From positions 124,001-188,000 of the forward strand of contig NMRA01000048.1 in assembly GCA_002633005.1 (NCBI GenBank): DNA of 64,000 nt, written 5' to 3'. Shown one piece after another: positions 13,601 through 28,600 of this stretch. Below the pieces are notes generated by a model. It did not search any database, had not been told where the DNA came from, and saw nothing but the letters and a program-made list of their open reading frames with translations. The DNA comes from Phoronis australis (lineage: Eukaryota > Animalia > Phoronida). The translations under genes and the position numbers were made by a program. Each line of letters starts with the position of its first letter. Position 1 is the first letter of the stretch.

Positions 13601-16600
13601 TTGGCTAGTGTAAACTATATCTGCCAGAGATTAACCAGTGAAAGTGGTGCATCATTATGACCTACAATGACCTAATTGTTCCTAGCGACGTCATAATCAA
13701 AAGGAAGTTTAAAGAGAACAATCCCAACTAAAAACGTTAATGACTCAGTTAAATTGCCACTTTTAAGCTTTATAACCCCAAACAGTGATCAGTGACAGTT
13801 TGAGGTGATTAAGATATATGTTGTTTGCTTCTAACACGACTTTGCCAATTTTCACGTTTTTCCGCCCGTGGATGGGTAAGCGCAGGTTGTTACCGATTGG
13901 TGCTAGTAGCTTTCGGTGCGATGATAGACTGAAGACTGGTTCGAATTAATCATTTTATTAATCTTGGCCGTGAATTCACAAGTACTCAAACAAAACGTCC
14001 GACGTGATGTCTGTTCTATGCTTTAGCCAGTTCAGCGAAGCCTTGACTTGTGATGAACTTCTGAGACACTTCCAGCAACTGTTACACATTGATTCAATAA
14101 CATGTCTTTGTATCTGTGTCTCTATCAACTACCGCTGTTAGTACTAAATTGTAACTTGAAGTCAACTCAATTTCAACTTCAACTTGAAATCAACCAACTG
14201 CGCCTGAGTATTTTTAGTCTCTTACATATTCTGGAACTTTTCACCAATTCAAGCACATTCTAGAACTTTCCGGAATCTATCCAGTCATTCTACAAACATA
14301 TACGTGGCTATAGAATGTTCCAGACTAAATTAATCACTAACATACTGGAATCTTCTACTATGTTCCCTGCTATTCTGTTGTAAACAAATTACATCATCAC
14401 TGTCCTGGCCTCGTGGGTCATGTCAATCAAGTACTATCTGCTAGTGAACATACAGAATAGAAAAATAAACTTATTAAACTGAGACTAGTGACAGTCTACT
14501 CCTGACAGTATTTTTAGATGATTTGTTGAGTTTTGCCCGCCTGACTGTCACGCGGTTTTGGCCGAACGTTTTTAGGCGCGATCGAGGCTACATCGAGTGC
14601 TAGAGCTTATAATAAGTCAATTCTTGTCACATGTCAGTTGAATCTTTTCACTTCAGACTTTACCGGCAACAGTGAAGGTTCTAGTACTTGATGTGAACGA
14701 CAACAACCCTGTGTTTTCCAAGCCTGAGTACGTGATTGACACGTACAGATGGGCAGATACATATTCAGAAGTAATAGCGGCAACAGATAGAGACCAAGGT
14801 GCAGGAGTATCTTATCAGTTACTCAACCATGGACAGTAAGATCCCATAGCATACTTGCCACCTTGTGCTTGAGCCGTGTCCATAGGCCACTGTATTCTTT
14901 CATACTGTACGGCAAATCGTGTCGTTTACGGAGAGCCGGAGCAATGAAGCGATTTCACATTATTTGTTGTATTCGATTTGTCGTAGAGATGAAGTTCGTT
15001 CAATGTTCACTCATGAGATTGTTGGCTAGTCACTGTGTCACGTATTCCTCTAAGTGCACGTGTATTCCACTTGTTTAAAGCGGAATACCCGGCTTCCCGG
15101 CATAACCAAAAACAAGTTTTGACCACTTAATACCCGTTCCGCTTCTTGCAACTTTAAAACAACATTTACGAAGGCGCTAGGGCACTTTCGTATGGAACGC
15201 CAACGTTCATACGGTGGCAGCGCACTGAGTCATACAAGTGCAATGCAATCGTCGCTGTGCAATACATGCGTGACTCTAGAAGTCGCGGCAGAATGCACAC
15301 AGATTATGTGTTTTTTGAGAATCATTTTAGTCGTTGATACGAGTGTCTTGAAACGTTCACGCACGAATCCGTAAGACAAGGGTTTCATAATTTCATAGCA
15401 AATTGTAAAAGGAACATTATAATGTACCGCTGCTGTTGCATACATGCAAGTAATGAGAAGCATTTCCGGATTCACGTGTGCGTTGTTACACCGATGAATG
15501 GAAGGCACTCGATGTATTTCAGTACGAAGTAGTGCAATGCATTCGTTCTCAAAACAGCACATTGGATTGCTATGACATTGCTCATCTGAGGTGGTTCTCT
15601 CACCGATTTTAAATTCACGCGTGCATTGCAGAGCGACCGTTGCCTTGCACTAGTATGAACGTGTGCAATGCACCCGCTTTTGACGAGTGCTATGTATGCG
15701 TTTTTAATTGGACACGTTTATTTTACAAACATTCGTCAACAAAACAAGTAAATAAAGACTACATGTTTTGTTTTTGCTTCTTTAGGAGATTGCGAGTCTT
15801 CTAAATCGAATGGTGTCACTAAAATAAGAATATTTTGTAATTTAAATCTATTTTGTTGTCAATGTTTCTAGTACGTTCATGTACGTAATTAATGCCATAT
15901 AAGCCGAGAATATCAACTGTTGCAGTCATTTTGTTGATTCTCCGTCTGAAATTAAAATACTAGCACGAACAGTATCAAATTAATATTTTTGAAAAAGGAT
16001 GCCATCAAGAAGTTGTAAAAATTAATTTAGGAATAAATTTTGACTTGAAATTTCTTTGCATAAGCTTGTGCATATTTGAGCTGCTTTGGCTCTTGTTTTA
16101 TATAGGATCACTATAGAGCCGAAAAGATTATGTCAATACGTTATGAAAACATGCATAGTCAAACTCTGTAGTTCGTGTTTTCAGATTGTTTTCCATCGGC
16201 ACCCACACAGGTGTAATGCGACGTAAGGCGTCAGCTTCGGCATTCACTGAAGACACATACACAGTAGTCGTTGAAGCAAGGGATGCCTTACAAATTCCGT
16301 TTAGAGCAGCAGTGGCGATCGTCAGCGTGAAGTTTTTGCCCAAATGTGTGAGACATTCCCGGGTTAATTGTTAAGACAGTTCTTAAATATTTTACCAATT
16401 AATTACAGTGAATTGCAGTTCCGAAGTTGTTACTATATTGTTGTTGGTATGTTTTATTTCCGTTACATTCCATGGCACCTTCTAAAGAACATGCTGCCGA
16501 AACTTTTGTCTTGACCTCTGAGTAACATCAAATTTTGCTTGGCAAAATTTTGTTTCCCATTTTCCACCTATAGACGGTGCTTCGTACCAAGCACCACGGG

Positions 16601-19600
16601 AATGTTTTGTAAGATATCTACCCACATACACATCTGTGGTTGATTTATGCCGTCCGGCATCCACACTGGCCTAAACGAGGATGACATCCGTTAACTTCGG
16701 ATAAATACAAACATTGTGACGCCCCCTTACGGTAATCTCTGTTTTTTCAACATTTTGATAAAACATTGAATGCTCAAAGACATCTAAAATTGGTTTTGGG
16801 AAATCTTTCGACCATAATGGAGCTACATGTAAGCTCCGTAGACGTGATCTTTTGCTCTAATGGCAATGTCCATGCCTGACGATTTTTCGCAATCTTGTGT
16901 GTTCTTGAATTTTGATGATTTTTTGGTCTCCAGATCGTAGGCAGAACTGCATGTCTTAACCCAACATTTGGCGACAATGAAGGGTGTTTTTATTATCAGT
17001 GGCGGATTTAAAGGGGGCCATGCCTCCCCCCCTAAAATTCTCCCAGACTCCATTGGCAGTTCGGGGATGCGAATATCTGACGGGCAATATCCTGCCCTGC
17101 CCCCCCAACTCAAAATCCTGGATCTGCCCTTGATTATGAGCGTGCTTCAGACAGGAACCTCACGAAACGCCAGATCACGCAAGAGTGCGAGATTTTGCCA
17201 ACTATAATAAGCAAAACGCGTGACCACGCTAGCTTCTTTCGCGAGATTCTTGCGTCTACGGAACTTAGCTCAGTCTTCACTGTCCATAAAAACTAATGAA
17301 ATTCATGTTGCAGAACCCAGTGACGAACGAAAAGAGCGTGACTGTTCGTTTCGATTTGAAGCAGTACCGTGTAAGGGTGATGGAAGATGTTTTGGTTAAG
17401 TCAGCGATTCTAACGATCAAGCTGATTCCTAACGTACCGGTAAAACGATTTTTTGAAGTGGCCTAAGATTATGCTAACTATATTTTGGTGACACCGTAAT
17501 CAGAGTTTTGACACGACATCATTTATTGGCTCGGTTGTTGAAAGTTACGCTACGCCAGTGGATAAACAAACACCAAAGTGCAGCGAAATATGTAACTATG
17601 ATCAAACGCAACTTGTAATACAATGATGGCGTTCGAAGCAGATTTCTCAACATTGGACGCACAACCGGATGTGCCACAAAAATAACAAACTAACTAATAA
17701 CTGGCGCTACCATAGTATAGAAACTACGATGGCATCAGGTTAGTGTATGCCAAGGTTCCATTGTGGGCCTACATGTATTCCAAAGCAATGTGACATAGTT
17801 GTTTGTTTTGATTGTCGCCGTTTAAAATGAACATTTTCTGTATGCAGAATACATTGTGTTGCAGTTATCATCATCGTCATCTTGGTTTAGTACAAACATA
17901 AAATTCCTTTGTACAAACATTCTACCAGAATTAATAGACGTGTAGCCCTATGAATACATTGTATGGTGTGTGTATTATATAGAGAATAAAATAACGGTTC
18001 TGAAGCAACATTCTTGATGTTTCAGCAAGCGGCTTTGACATTTAAGCTAAAATCATCAACTGGAGATAACTTTCAAGTTTCTGAAAAGTCTGGAATGTAA
18101 GTTGTTTTGCAAAACATCTTCAATAGCTCTGTGGTGTTCATTGCTAAATTTCATTTGCTTCATAATTACTGTCTCTACTCAAGCCATTTTCTACAAATAC
18201 CTCTAGAGTTATTGTTTGTTTTACGTAAACAATTTGTCAGGTAAAAGTCATGTTATATTTTGGCGGTCTGGCATGTCATCGAGGATAGGAATAATTGATA
18301 CCCGGATGTCACAGTTTACCCACCAACATCATAATTGAGGAAAGTATCTGAAACCCAAAAGTAAACTTGTTGTAAAGTTGTTTTCTGAATTAAAATGTAG
18401 GTGCGTAATCAAAGTGAAAGAAAGACTCGACTACGAAGCTATTAAAGAGCACACGCTAGATATAGAAGTTTGGCAAGGAAATCAGGTAACAATCCTTATA
18501 CAAGCATTACGTGGTGCACTTGGACTTGAAGTTTAAGATACTGCCCTGTCTTCCTTTAGACCACTATGGTCTGAGCTTTTCAGAAAGTGGGAAGGTTTGA
18601 TCTCTTGAGCAGCCTATTATCTTAATTGACCTTCCACGCCCCCAAGTTATAGTGGAAAGCAAACGTGTTTTGTTATTACCTTTTCTATTGACCAGTTATC
18701 TTAGAGTGTTATGTTGTCGGGTTAGTTTCTATTCCCTTGACGTGAATTTACTGCCCATGGAACAGTAAAAAGGTACGCAATGGTTCTGCGTTCATTTCCA
18801 ACACAGGCTGTGTTCAATAGTAGAACAGTACAGTGTGTGTATTGAACCAAAGTGAGGGCCTTTTGCTAGGCCGTTCACGTCTAATGCTTTTGCTCCATGC
18901 ATAATAAAAACTGACACGGAAAATATATCGTCAAGATAACCAGGGATCTGACACGTTGACGGTTACGATCCTCCTGTTAATCAATTCTAGTTCAACCCAT
19001 TCCAGTACGAAAAGTGTCGGCTACAAGAAAGCTTATGCATGCATTACCCACTTAGTGTTCGTGTTCAAGGGATAAAAAGTTTTTAATATTGATCATTTTC
19101 GGTGCCTTAAAATAGTTTAATTAGCGTAACAAGTGTGATCACAATTTCATGGAAAATTTGCAATTGGTAGTTCATCTTAAAAATCTGTTCTGTCTTTCAT
19201 ATTCTGGAGCCAGTTTCTAAATAGACAGTATTGCTTATTTGGCAATGATGAGATAAAAAGATTTCTTGCAATATAAATTCAAGTATTTGAATATTTATGA
19301 GCAATTTCGAAGTACTTGTGTAACAAACGCTACTTTAACAGACGTGATACCTTGGCACAGGCACGAAGCGTTGTTTTAGCAGCCATCTTTACTGAAGAAA
19401 TTAAACGCATGCAAACTGCCATAAAATTATCAAAATGAATATCCTAAATGTCCATTGAGATTTGATTTTAGTGTTTTGGATAGATGCAATTTTTCAAAAA
19501 GTGTTTCGTTTCTTGGGTTCTCGCGGAACTATACAAAGAATCGATTGCATCGGAATTGTAAACACCTCATGATACTCAGAAACTACATTTAGAATATGAA

Positions 19601-22600
19601 GGACCGATTTTTAGATGAAGCACTGCTAGGCCCATTGCACTTTTGGTCACGTCTGTTACTCTAAACCATTTTAATACACTGAAATTTTCAGAAAAATATC
19701 TTATCACTCCCATCAAGTGGTAACGCATGATTAAACGTTTTTGGCGTTTTTTGGGGTTATTATGCTCGGCTCTTTCGAGATTGGAATTTATTTCAAAAGT
19801 CAATATGCCACGTCTGTAATAAAAACCAACGCAATGAATCTTATGCCTCTCGTGTATCGCAGTACGTAAAGAAGCCACAATTTCCATTCAATGAAAGTGT
19901 TGTCAACATCTATCCAACACAGCTAACAAGTCATGCCCTGATACATGGGAGGTAACACGGACTTTGATGCGTGATTGCGTTTATAAGCTTGTCACCACGC
20001 CGCTTGATGAACAACTCCGTGGTAAATCTGACACATGTTTAAGTGAGACAAGCAGATGAGCAGCTGCCACTATTGAGTTGAGCAGATGAAGCTGTTTAAG
20101 TCCTCCAATAGGAGCTTATAGCGTTTCCTTTATTGGAGGGCTTTTCAAGTAATTCTATGACGAGGCAACATGGTGTTGAGAAAGGAAGCACCTGACTAGT
20201 CCGCCAGGTGCACTAGTGTAGCCCGAAGGTATGCTAATAAGGTGGAATTGAGCAATAAATAACAATTTTTGTCGGAATTCTACCCAACTCACTGATGCTC
20301 CCGGAAACCATCACGAGATGGCTGCACTAAAGTGCCTGGATTTGAGATTTTTGGCGAACGGCGAAATTCACTTCCGTGCGTCACCCTTCGTGACTCAAGT
20401 TTTACAAGTTTAATGCACCATAATTCGCAATCAACAATGATATTGCTCACTTTTGTTTTCTTTCATAGCGAAAGCTTCTGGTAGTAGTTAAGTAAAGTAT
20501 CACCTTCGATATCGCACGAGTGCAAAAGAAGTGACATTTTTTAAATTGATTCAAGATTGCGTCCTTTCAGAGACGTACAGATGTAGGCCTACAGAGAAAC
20601 ATGAACACTTTTGGACTAGTGCACCTTCGGACTAGTGCACCTTCGGATTAGTGCACCTTCGGACTAGTGCACCTTCGGACTAGTGCACCTTCGGACTAGT
20701 GCACCTTCGGANTTTTGTGTGGTACCTCGAATGTATGTGCTAGCTCATTTTTGGGGGGTCCTTTTTTGGTTTCTGCCGGACCCATTCCAGAGTGCAATTT
20801 GTCTGTCATGGGTCATTTGGTGTTCAGTGCGGTACTATTGTTCGTTTTAAATCAGTTTTGGTTGGTACCTCGAATATCTAGTCTAGCTCATTTTTTGAGG
20901 TATTTGTAAGGCCCCCAGGGGTCACACCCAGAGTGCAGACAACGGCAGACGTCCATTTCTGTACATACTGAGGTGGACTTTAAATGCTCCCGTGGTCAGA
21001 TGTTGGTACCTCGTTCATCTATGCTAAGTGCTCTGGGCTGCCGGTCTATCATTACAAGGGCCTCCTCGCACTACGAAGTCGAAGAAAATTGGCGAAACTA
21101 AGTGTAATACAGTCTGAGTAAAAACCTCTTGGACAGTGTCGCATTTGAGGCATGTCTTTTCATTTTCCATTCAGTTTCCATTTGTCCGGCACATGAAAAT
21201 GTTGAGGCTGGACTGTTGAACGACTTCAGAACGAGTTTGGTACGTTGTGACAGCGGTAGTTCTTGCAACAGTACATTTATGTTGGCCTGGACGTCAAAGA
21301 AATCGTGCTTAGTTTGCCTACTAAGGTGCACCTGTGCTGGATTCCTCGAAACATTCTACGTTGTCGTTGTTTCTGGATGTCGTAAGTGTTGTCGTTAATC
21401 GAATTTCTCACGAATTGATTTCAGGATTTTCTTCGTTAATCATAGAACAGGGGAGATAACACTGCGAACAGGGGCTTCCGTCACTGACGACGAATACACT
21501 GTGTTTGTACAAGCAAGTGATAATGGCGATCCTCCCAGGACCGCAGCTACAGTTGTAGTTGTTACAAATACTTTACCGCCTGTAAGTTAAGTCGAGCATA
21601 TGCGCTTCCTACGACTTCTTGGTGACGGCGTGTCCATTGCCTCTTCCCAGTGTCGCCATATGTGTTCATAACAAAAAAGGAGACCTTGTGTCAAATTAAG
21701 ATAATGATTTCTAATATTAATTTCGATTAATATTTAAAATACGTCTGCAGCTACTTATACATATAAGACACGTATGGCTTGGTTGCCCAGATGCGATATT
21801 CAATTTTGCAATAGGCTACATAAACTACTCGTTCTACACTGTAGTTAAAACCAAGAACCAAGGAGTGTCCAGTAAAAATTCTTAAATTGTTCAGTCTTCA
21901 AATGATACATGGGCAAGAGCTGCATATATCGTCTATCCTTGTTTAAATTTTCAGAAAAACACTTTGAAATTTTTCATGGAAAAACCCTTTCCGGACGAGT
22001 TCAAGCTCGATGAAAGGCAAGTTGAAGTTCCCAACATAAACGCGTTTGTTTTAAAGGGACAATATTTTTGAGGAAAGGATACTCGGCGCGGAATCGAACC
22101 TGCAATCCCCACGGTCGGTTGCTGTCAAATGTTCTACTGGCGGAGCTTAACTAAGTTGGTAAATGGTCGAGCATTTTAAAGGGTCGTTATCGGCGAGAAA
22201 ATCATTTTTCTGATATGCTTCAGCTCTCAAGAAAACCCCCGCGATCGCATACTATAGCTGCTGACGGAGTTAAATTCAATACGAGTATTTAATTAAGTGA
22301 ATTTCACTGATAAGGTCACTGACCTTGATTTCATCGACGGCTAACAATAATCTCACAAATACCTTTTGCAGTCGTAAAACCGATAATGTCTCTTTACTTT
22401 TTGCAATGCGCTGTGATCATCACTTTATGGTTCAAAATCACACAGTAGATGTGAGTTAACAGTAATTTTCCGTGCATTTCTGTCGGTGTCAATTTTGCAT
22501 AACACTGTATTAATTAACGAGTCGACTAGAAATAAGACAAGTAACACGCACCTGACTCTTTGTACTGTGTCTTCTAGTGGTGTGGTAAGATTGGCGAAAA

Positions 22601-25600
22601 AACTGGATGGTAGCAGACGCAACCAGTATCAGCTGGAAATCGGCGTCACAAACGGAAAACAGGTAAAGAAACAAATGTTAAAATGAAAACGTTGTAAATA
22701 CCTTCAACTGCCATATTACATGTACACCAAGCTTACTCGAGACGCAGTCAATAGCTTCATCATATTCATTCTCAGGCTACCGGATTATGGGTCTGTAGAC
22801 CCGGACACTTGGGATTCGCAAAGGTTGTGGGATGATTTTCATCACGTGCTGCAGTTGCACTGCATAGCGATATCTCGCTACATGCGCGTACCCAGGGGGG
22901 GACTCGGGGGGCTTGGAGCCCCCCATTTGGCGAAGTGGGCAAACAATCCGCATCAGAGGACCAAAAAGTCCGAAAAAACGAGACTAAAGACCACAGGAAT
23001 CCGTAGGTCTGAACCTAGTACCCCGTTTTTTTGTTTTTTTGTGCTCGATTTCTTTTTCCAGGGAAAGGTCGACATACCGCAAAATTCGAGCCCGCCCTAC
23101 ATTTTAGGCTGGGTGAGCGCATGCACTATGTCAATTCCTAAAAGCAGTGTAGCAGAGACGATCTAGGGCGTCTGGTAATGTGAGGTCGACGTACGGGAAC
23201 TTTGTATTCCTTCACTAAAGCAGCCATGTGGCCGACCTAGAAGAGACGTAAAAATCTTCGCCTGCTTTGGTTCACCCCAAACCGTTCATGTGGCGTGGAG
23301 AGACGGATGTCCGTAATATTTTTTTAAGTAACGTCTTGGACCTAGCTGCAACCGAAATTTCGATCTACTAAAACAGATTTGACAAGAGAGAAACCTATAA
23401 TAAAGGAAAATCTTTAGATAGGAGTAGTGAATACGTTGGTGACCAAGTAGTAATTGAGAAGATTAATTTCCTAATCCCAATCATGTTCCAGTAGACCATG
23501 CGATAGAGATACAGCTTCCCTGCGGCAAAAACCTCGTCGAAGTATGATTTCTCATCTTCGCCCTTGTTTCTTCTTTTCAATTGATTTGTTCTTACACTAT
23601 TTCACCAGAAAGACTCGATGACGCTCTTCGTGACTGTAGCGCATGAAAACGGTGACGGTAAACTCGACTTCCCAAACCGAATCGTCAAAGTCGGCTCTGC
23701 AAGTTTTAATAGCATAGTGGCCGTAGTGTCGGCAAAAATTGGCGGTAAACAGCAGGGTACTACGCATGTCACGTTCTCGCTGAATTCACACACAGAGTAA
23801 GTTACGACATTGGGTAGCAGGGTTTTGTCCACCACAGCCTAGCATGTTCTGAGATTGAACTAGATTTGTTCGACATCTATCAAACCTAGCTTTAAATCTC
23901 AGCAGTCTCTTTACGTCATCAAAGAAAATGCCCCACTCCTGCTGACTAGTGTTCAGTCAGGAACCTAGGAAACGTAACGTAGATACGCTGACAAGTTTTG
24001 AAAGTCTTTCAGTTGCACATGTTCAGTGTATAATATTGCCTAATTGTATTTTGTTGTAGCTTAAAATACGTTACACGTGGGACCACGAAAAGACGCGTGA
24101 ACACCTCTTTGAAAAAATAAAGCGTTAACAAAGTTGTTTCACTAGACATATTTTAGATTAAAATCCATCAGAGGCTGTTAGCATGAAAATAATCTCGGTT
24201 TTTGTCATCAATTTCAGCTTGTTCACGCTTCGTTCGCTTAACTCAACTTCTGCTGAAATACGACTTTCTGCAGAATCTTCCAAGTTAAAGAGTGACATCT
24301 ACAATTTAAAAGTTGAAGCCTCGGTTCGTGGACAAAACCCGCAGACGAAGGAGGCTCTTATTGTAATAAAATTTACAACGGGTAACTTTGCAGTCTTTTA
24401 TAGTCACCAAGCGTAAAGTGCAGACGAACAATGTATTTGATTTCTTGAAGGCACGAATGAAAGTGCCTTCAGCTCATGTTACTAAAATGTTATCGTTTTT
24501 GCATCCGAAAAGTGTAATTTTGGGATTATTAATGTAAAGAGATGCATTAGCCTTCTTAAAACTAATACAATTGACCAACAGCAACAAAATACCGTTTGGG
24601 TAATTTATCTCAAATCGCCAATTTTCGCCATTTGCATTCGCTGAAAGGTCGATGGCATACGCTTGACCCGGCGGCAGTGTGTTCGCTTGCTAGTGTTGGG
24701 TTAGTGAGTTCGATTCCTTGGTACTGCAAATTTACGTGAATTTTCTTTTCTCACTGAAAATGACCTTTTCATGGTCGCATTGAATAAATTTTCCTTAATG
24801 GTACACAATCGACGAATAACATTTTTTAAATCAAGCCGTAGACGGATTCAAAGTCAGGAATTCGAAGCCCGACACTTTAGTAGCGGAGCTAAACCTCATT
24901 CGGTAAGTAGTCGAGTATGTTAAGCGAATTTTATCTGACGAAGACACCGGCTTCGATTTCAGCGAATGACTGTCAGCCAACAGCGAAAATAGGTGATTTG
25001 TAGTGACGTCACACAAACACAGTGGACTTTGCTGTTTCATAGCTTTAATCAAAGCTACTAACTTCAAGAAGTCTATCCCATCCAACAGCATTCTCGACAA
25101 TGCGTTTCTCGGCCATTACAAATTCGAACGTGTCCCTTTAAATACACCATGGAATTTGAGATTATTTTGACTCCATACCACTGTAATACCTGATGAATAA
25201 TGTTGTAACACTTACCTCAGATATGCTCAACAGTTCACGAAGTGGCATGATGAATGCATGACATATGTAGGGTGTATCTGAAGTCCCGTTCTTTACTTCA
25301 AGTATCTCAGCAATTAAGGGTCCAAAGTACAAACACGTTGACACAAGATATCTTTAGTCCAGTTTCTATGAGAAGATAAATTATGCTAAAATCCGTTTGC
25401 AACTTTTAAAAAGCCATTAAATACAAAATTCGGCAAAGAATTATGTATGTATGTATGTATGTATGTATTTATGTATGTATGTATTTATGTATGTATGTGT
25501 GTATGTATGTATGTATGTATTTATATATCACTCGCAGTATTTTCTTCTATCTCGAAATGCTTTTCTGCATTTCTTCTGGAGTCATTGAAACAAAAAAATT

Positions 25601-28600
25601 GTCATTAAAAATCTTTTCATTAACTTTACAGATACGTGTTTTGACTCACTCACAGTGTAAAATAACCTTCAGTTCGGTTAAAGAAAACGATCAAATTCTC
25701 AAACCCTGGTCTTTTTTCCTGATTTTTTGTTTCTACCTTGTTTCTGGAATTGCATGTTTAGTTAGATTCTCAATTTCACGTGATGTGTTTGTTCTCCCGA
25801 AGGCATAACGTTTTAATGGGACACCCATAGTTCAGGAAATTAGGCCACTACTGTATGTATGTGAATCAATTGTTAGCACGTTATTCTGAAACCATAGTGT
25901 ATGTCACATATATTTTCACACATGTAAAGTACCAAGACGTTCAGATACTGATTACTGAAATGTCGCCTTTGAATTTCAGTTCTATTGAGTGCTGATAAAT
26001 TAGTATAAAACAGGAACCGGTGACGCCCTATTCGTTAACGTAATTAGGGGACTTGAACCGGTTGGGCTCCAAGGATTTGCTATCACATTGCAGATGCTGA
26101 ACGTTGAAGTTACTTGTTGTTTTCAAACGTGCAACTAAATAAATGAAGGAACAATGAAGATTGAACATGTTATCAGCGGCGCAGTGCAGTTTAACATTAT
26201 TCAAATCATCTGCGTGCCTACGATGACTAAAACAGACTGGCATGAAGTACAGTTTACGGCAAAGTTTGAAACGCGTTGGTGTTGGGGAAACAAATGTTTT
26301 TGCAGATGGCGGTGGTGATGGTGGAGGTGGCGATGGTGGCGATGGCGATGGCGCTGGTGGTGGTGATGGCAAGGGTGGTGGTGGAGGTAACGGTGGCAAG
26401 GGTGGTGATGGTGGAGGTGGCGATGGCNNNNNNNNNNNNNNNNNNNNNNNNNNNNNNNNNNNNNNNNNNNNNNNNNNNNNNNNNNNNNNNNNNNNNNNNN
26501 NNNNNNNNNNNNNNNNNNNNNNNNNNNNNNNNNNNNNNNNNNNNNNNNNNNNNNNNNNNNNNGGCGGTGACGGCGATGGTGGGGATGGAGGTGGCGGTTA
26601 CCGTGGTGGTGGTGATGGCGGTGGCGACGGTGGTGGAGGTGGGGGTGATCGTGGTGGTGGTGGTGGCATCGACAGTGGAAACTATGAATTCATCTTCCCC
26701 AGTAAGATATTCAAAGTCTCCTCCGTGAGAGTAAATGACGCGGTTGCTACATTGTCTGCGGAACTCACCAACGAACAAGTAGCAGATGTAACTTTCTCGT
26801 TGACGTCACACACGGAGTAAGCAAGGACTTCTTACATTTTAGAACTTTGTAAAAAGATGTCCGTTTTCTATTATTTGTTTGCTAATGCTTTACCTGAATA
26901 GTTGTGAGTAGGTGTGGTACGTCCTGAGGGAATCAGCAATGTGAGAATGGGGCTTATTTTTTAAGTTGTACACTAATTTCTATAGCGTTTAGTCTTTACA
27001 GAAAGCGTTGCGGTTTGTTTACAGTGCACGGGGATTCACAGAACACCGTCCCTCTTTTCTCATCAACGAGTTTGTGTTTTCTCATCAACCGCAATCCACT
27101 TCTTACAAACTAAGTTTTTTACTGAGAAATCGCCCCTAAATTCCAGATTGCTTAGTACCAAATCGACAGAAGGGTTCCATACCCCTTTCCCCCGGGCTCT
27201 ATATTTCCCAAGCGATGTTTGCCCAACGCTATATTCCATCCCCTGATGCTCCCCCGGCCCTGCCTTTTTTGTACATCGGGCGTCATTTTTTGTTTTTATT
27301 AATAGTAAAAGCTATTGCTAACTTAAGTTGAAAATCGTATGGATGAAAAGCGCCTGAGAATCCAGGTGAACCATAAACATTTACAAGTTGTGATTTTAAT
27401 TCCAAGAGTAATTCCACAGCAGAAAATCGCATGCCGATGTTGACCAATTGTTTTGCGTGGATCCACATTTATAAAACGAATCACTTTTGAATTTCCATAA
27501 GCATCACCCACATATAATCACAAGCACCCCACTTGTAAGGCGCAAACACGAACACGCGGCATATATAATGCTTGTTTTTTCTGAAAGTTTAAAGGGCTTT
27601 TGAAACCGTTTCGGCGCACACGACAAGGCTCGTGCACTTTAGGTGTATCAAGCTACCAACCTTTAAACGCAGAAAGTAAGTTAACGTGTAGGAGCACCAT
27701 CGGGATAGGGGAATATCAGGATGGGCATATGGGGTGAGGAACATAGGAACGGAAGGGAGATATAAATAATAACAACAGGAAAACCTTTTCCTTTCTTTTT
27801 GTATTAGTCATAGCGTTGTGCCCGTAGATGGAATCGAAATGGCGGCCGGTATAGAATTCACTAACAAAATAACGCCTTTTTAAAACTTAAACAGAAGCCA
27901 TGGTACTTGATATTATACATGTCATTTGAGCTCATCTAATCTTATGCAAGAATGCTAACTTCATACTAGTATCTGTCTTATTTTCAGTCTTTTTAGTTTG
28001 CGTGCGATTAAACCAAGGTCCTGTGAAATACTACTTATGGTAGATCCGTCCAAATTAACAAGTGACGTGTACAACCTCAAGGTTGAGGCGTCGATTGGTG
28101 GAAACCCATCACAGAAGAAACAGGCGCTTGTAACTTTACAGTTTACAAAGGGTAATTTTACAATCTAATTCATAAATGTGTGCATTTTCATGTATTTGTT
28201 TGAACTTGCACTTACATTGTATGTATCTCAAGTGCATTGATACCCGCATGTCAACATGCGCGTATCTAGGCTCATATATCTGCGCGCATATCCGAAATAA
28301 TGTGATTATGAAAAAGTACTCAAATGTCTTGCCTATGAGCTCATGAGACTAAGCATATACTGCACGCCAATTCTGAAATTGGGTATTATCTCGTCCACTA
28401 ATTCCAGTTACTGTTACGGGGGCTAAGAGGAAGCAAGAATGAGTGAGAGCCAATCAGGGTGACCTAGATCACATTATCAACGAATAATTACAATCAGACA
28501 TTATAACTTGCTGTTCTTTGTTTCTTAATTTTGACAAATAGGAAATACTGACACATGATTTCACTTAAACACCAAAGATAACTTAAATAAAAATTCAAGG

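Noticed and set aside
20613-20711. CRISPR-like array
   Set aside because: Contiguous 16-bp units with no spacers, eukaryotic context and no cas genes.
22720-23166. 148-aa ORF
   Set aside because: Runs through an intronic MITE and has no protein motif.
25443-25808. 121-aa ORF MYVCMYVC...
   Set aside because: Translation of the TATG microsatellite.
26028-26778. Pro-rich and Thr-rich - strand ORFs and a Val-rich alternative frame
   Set aside because: Shadow frames of the Gly-rich cadherin exon.
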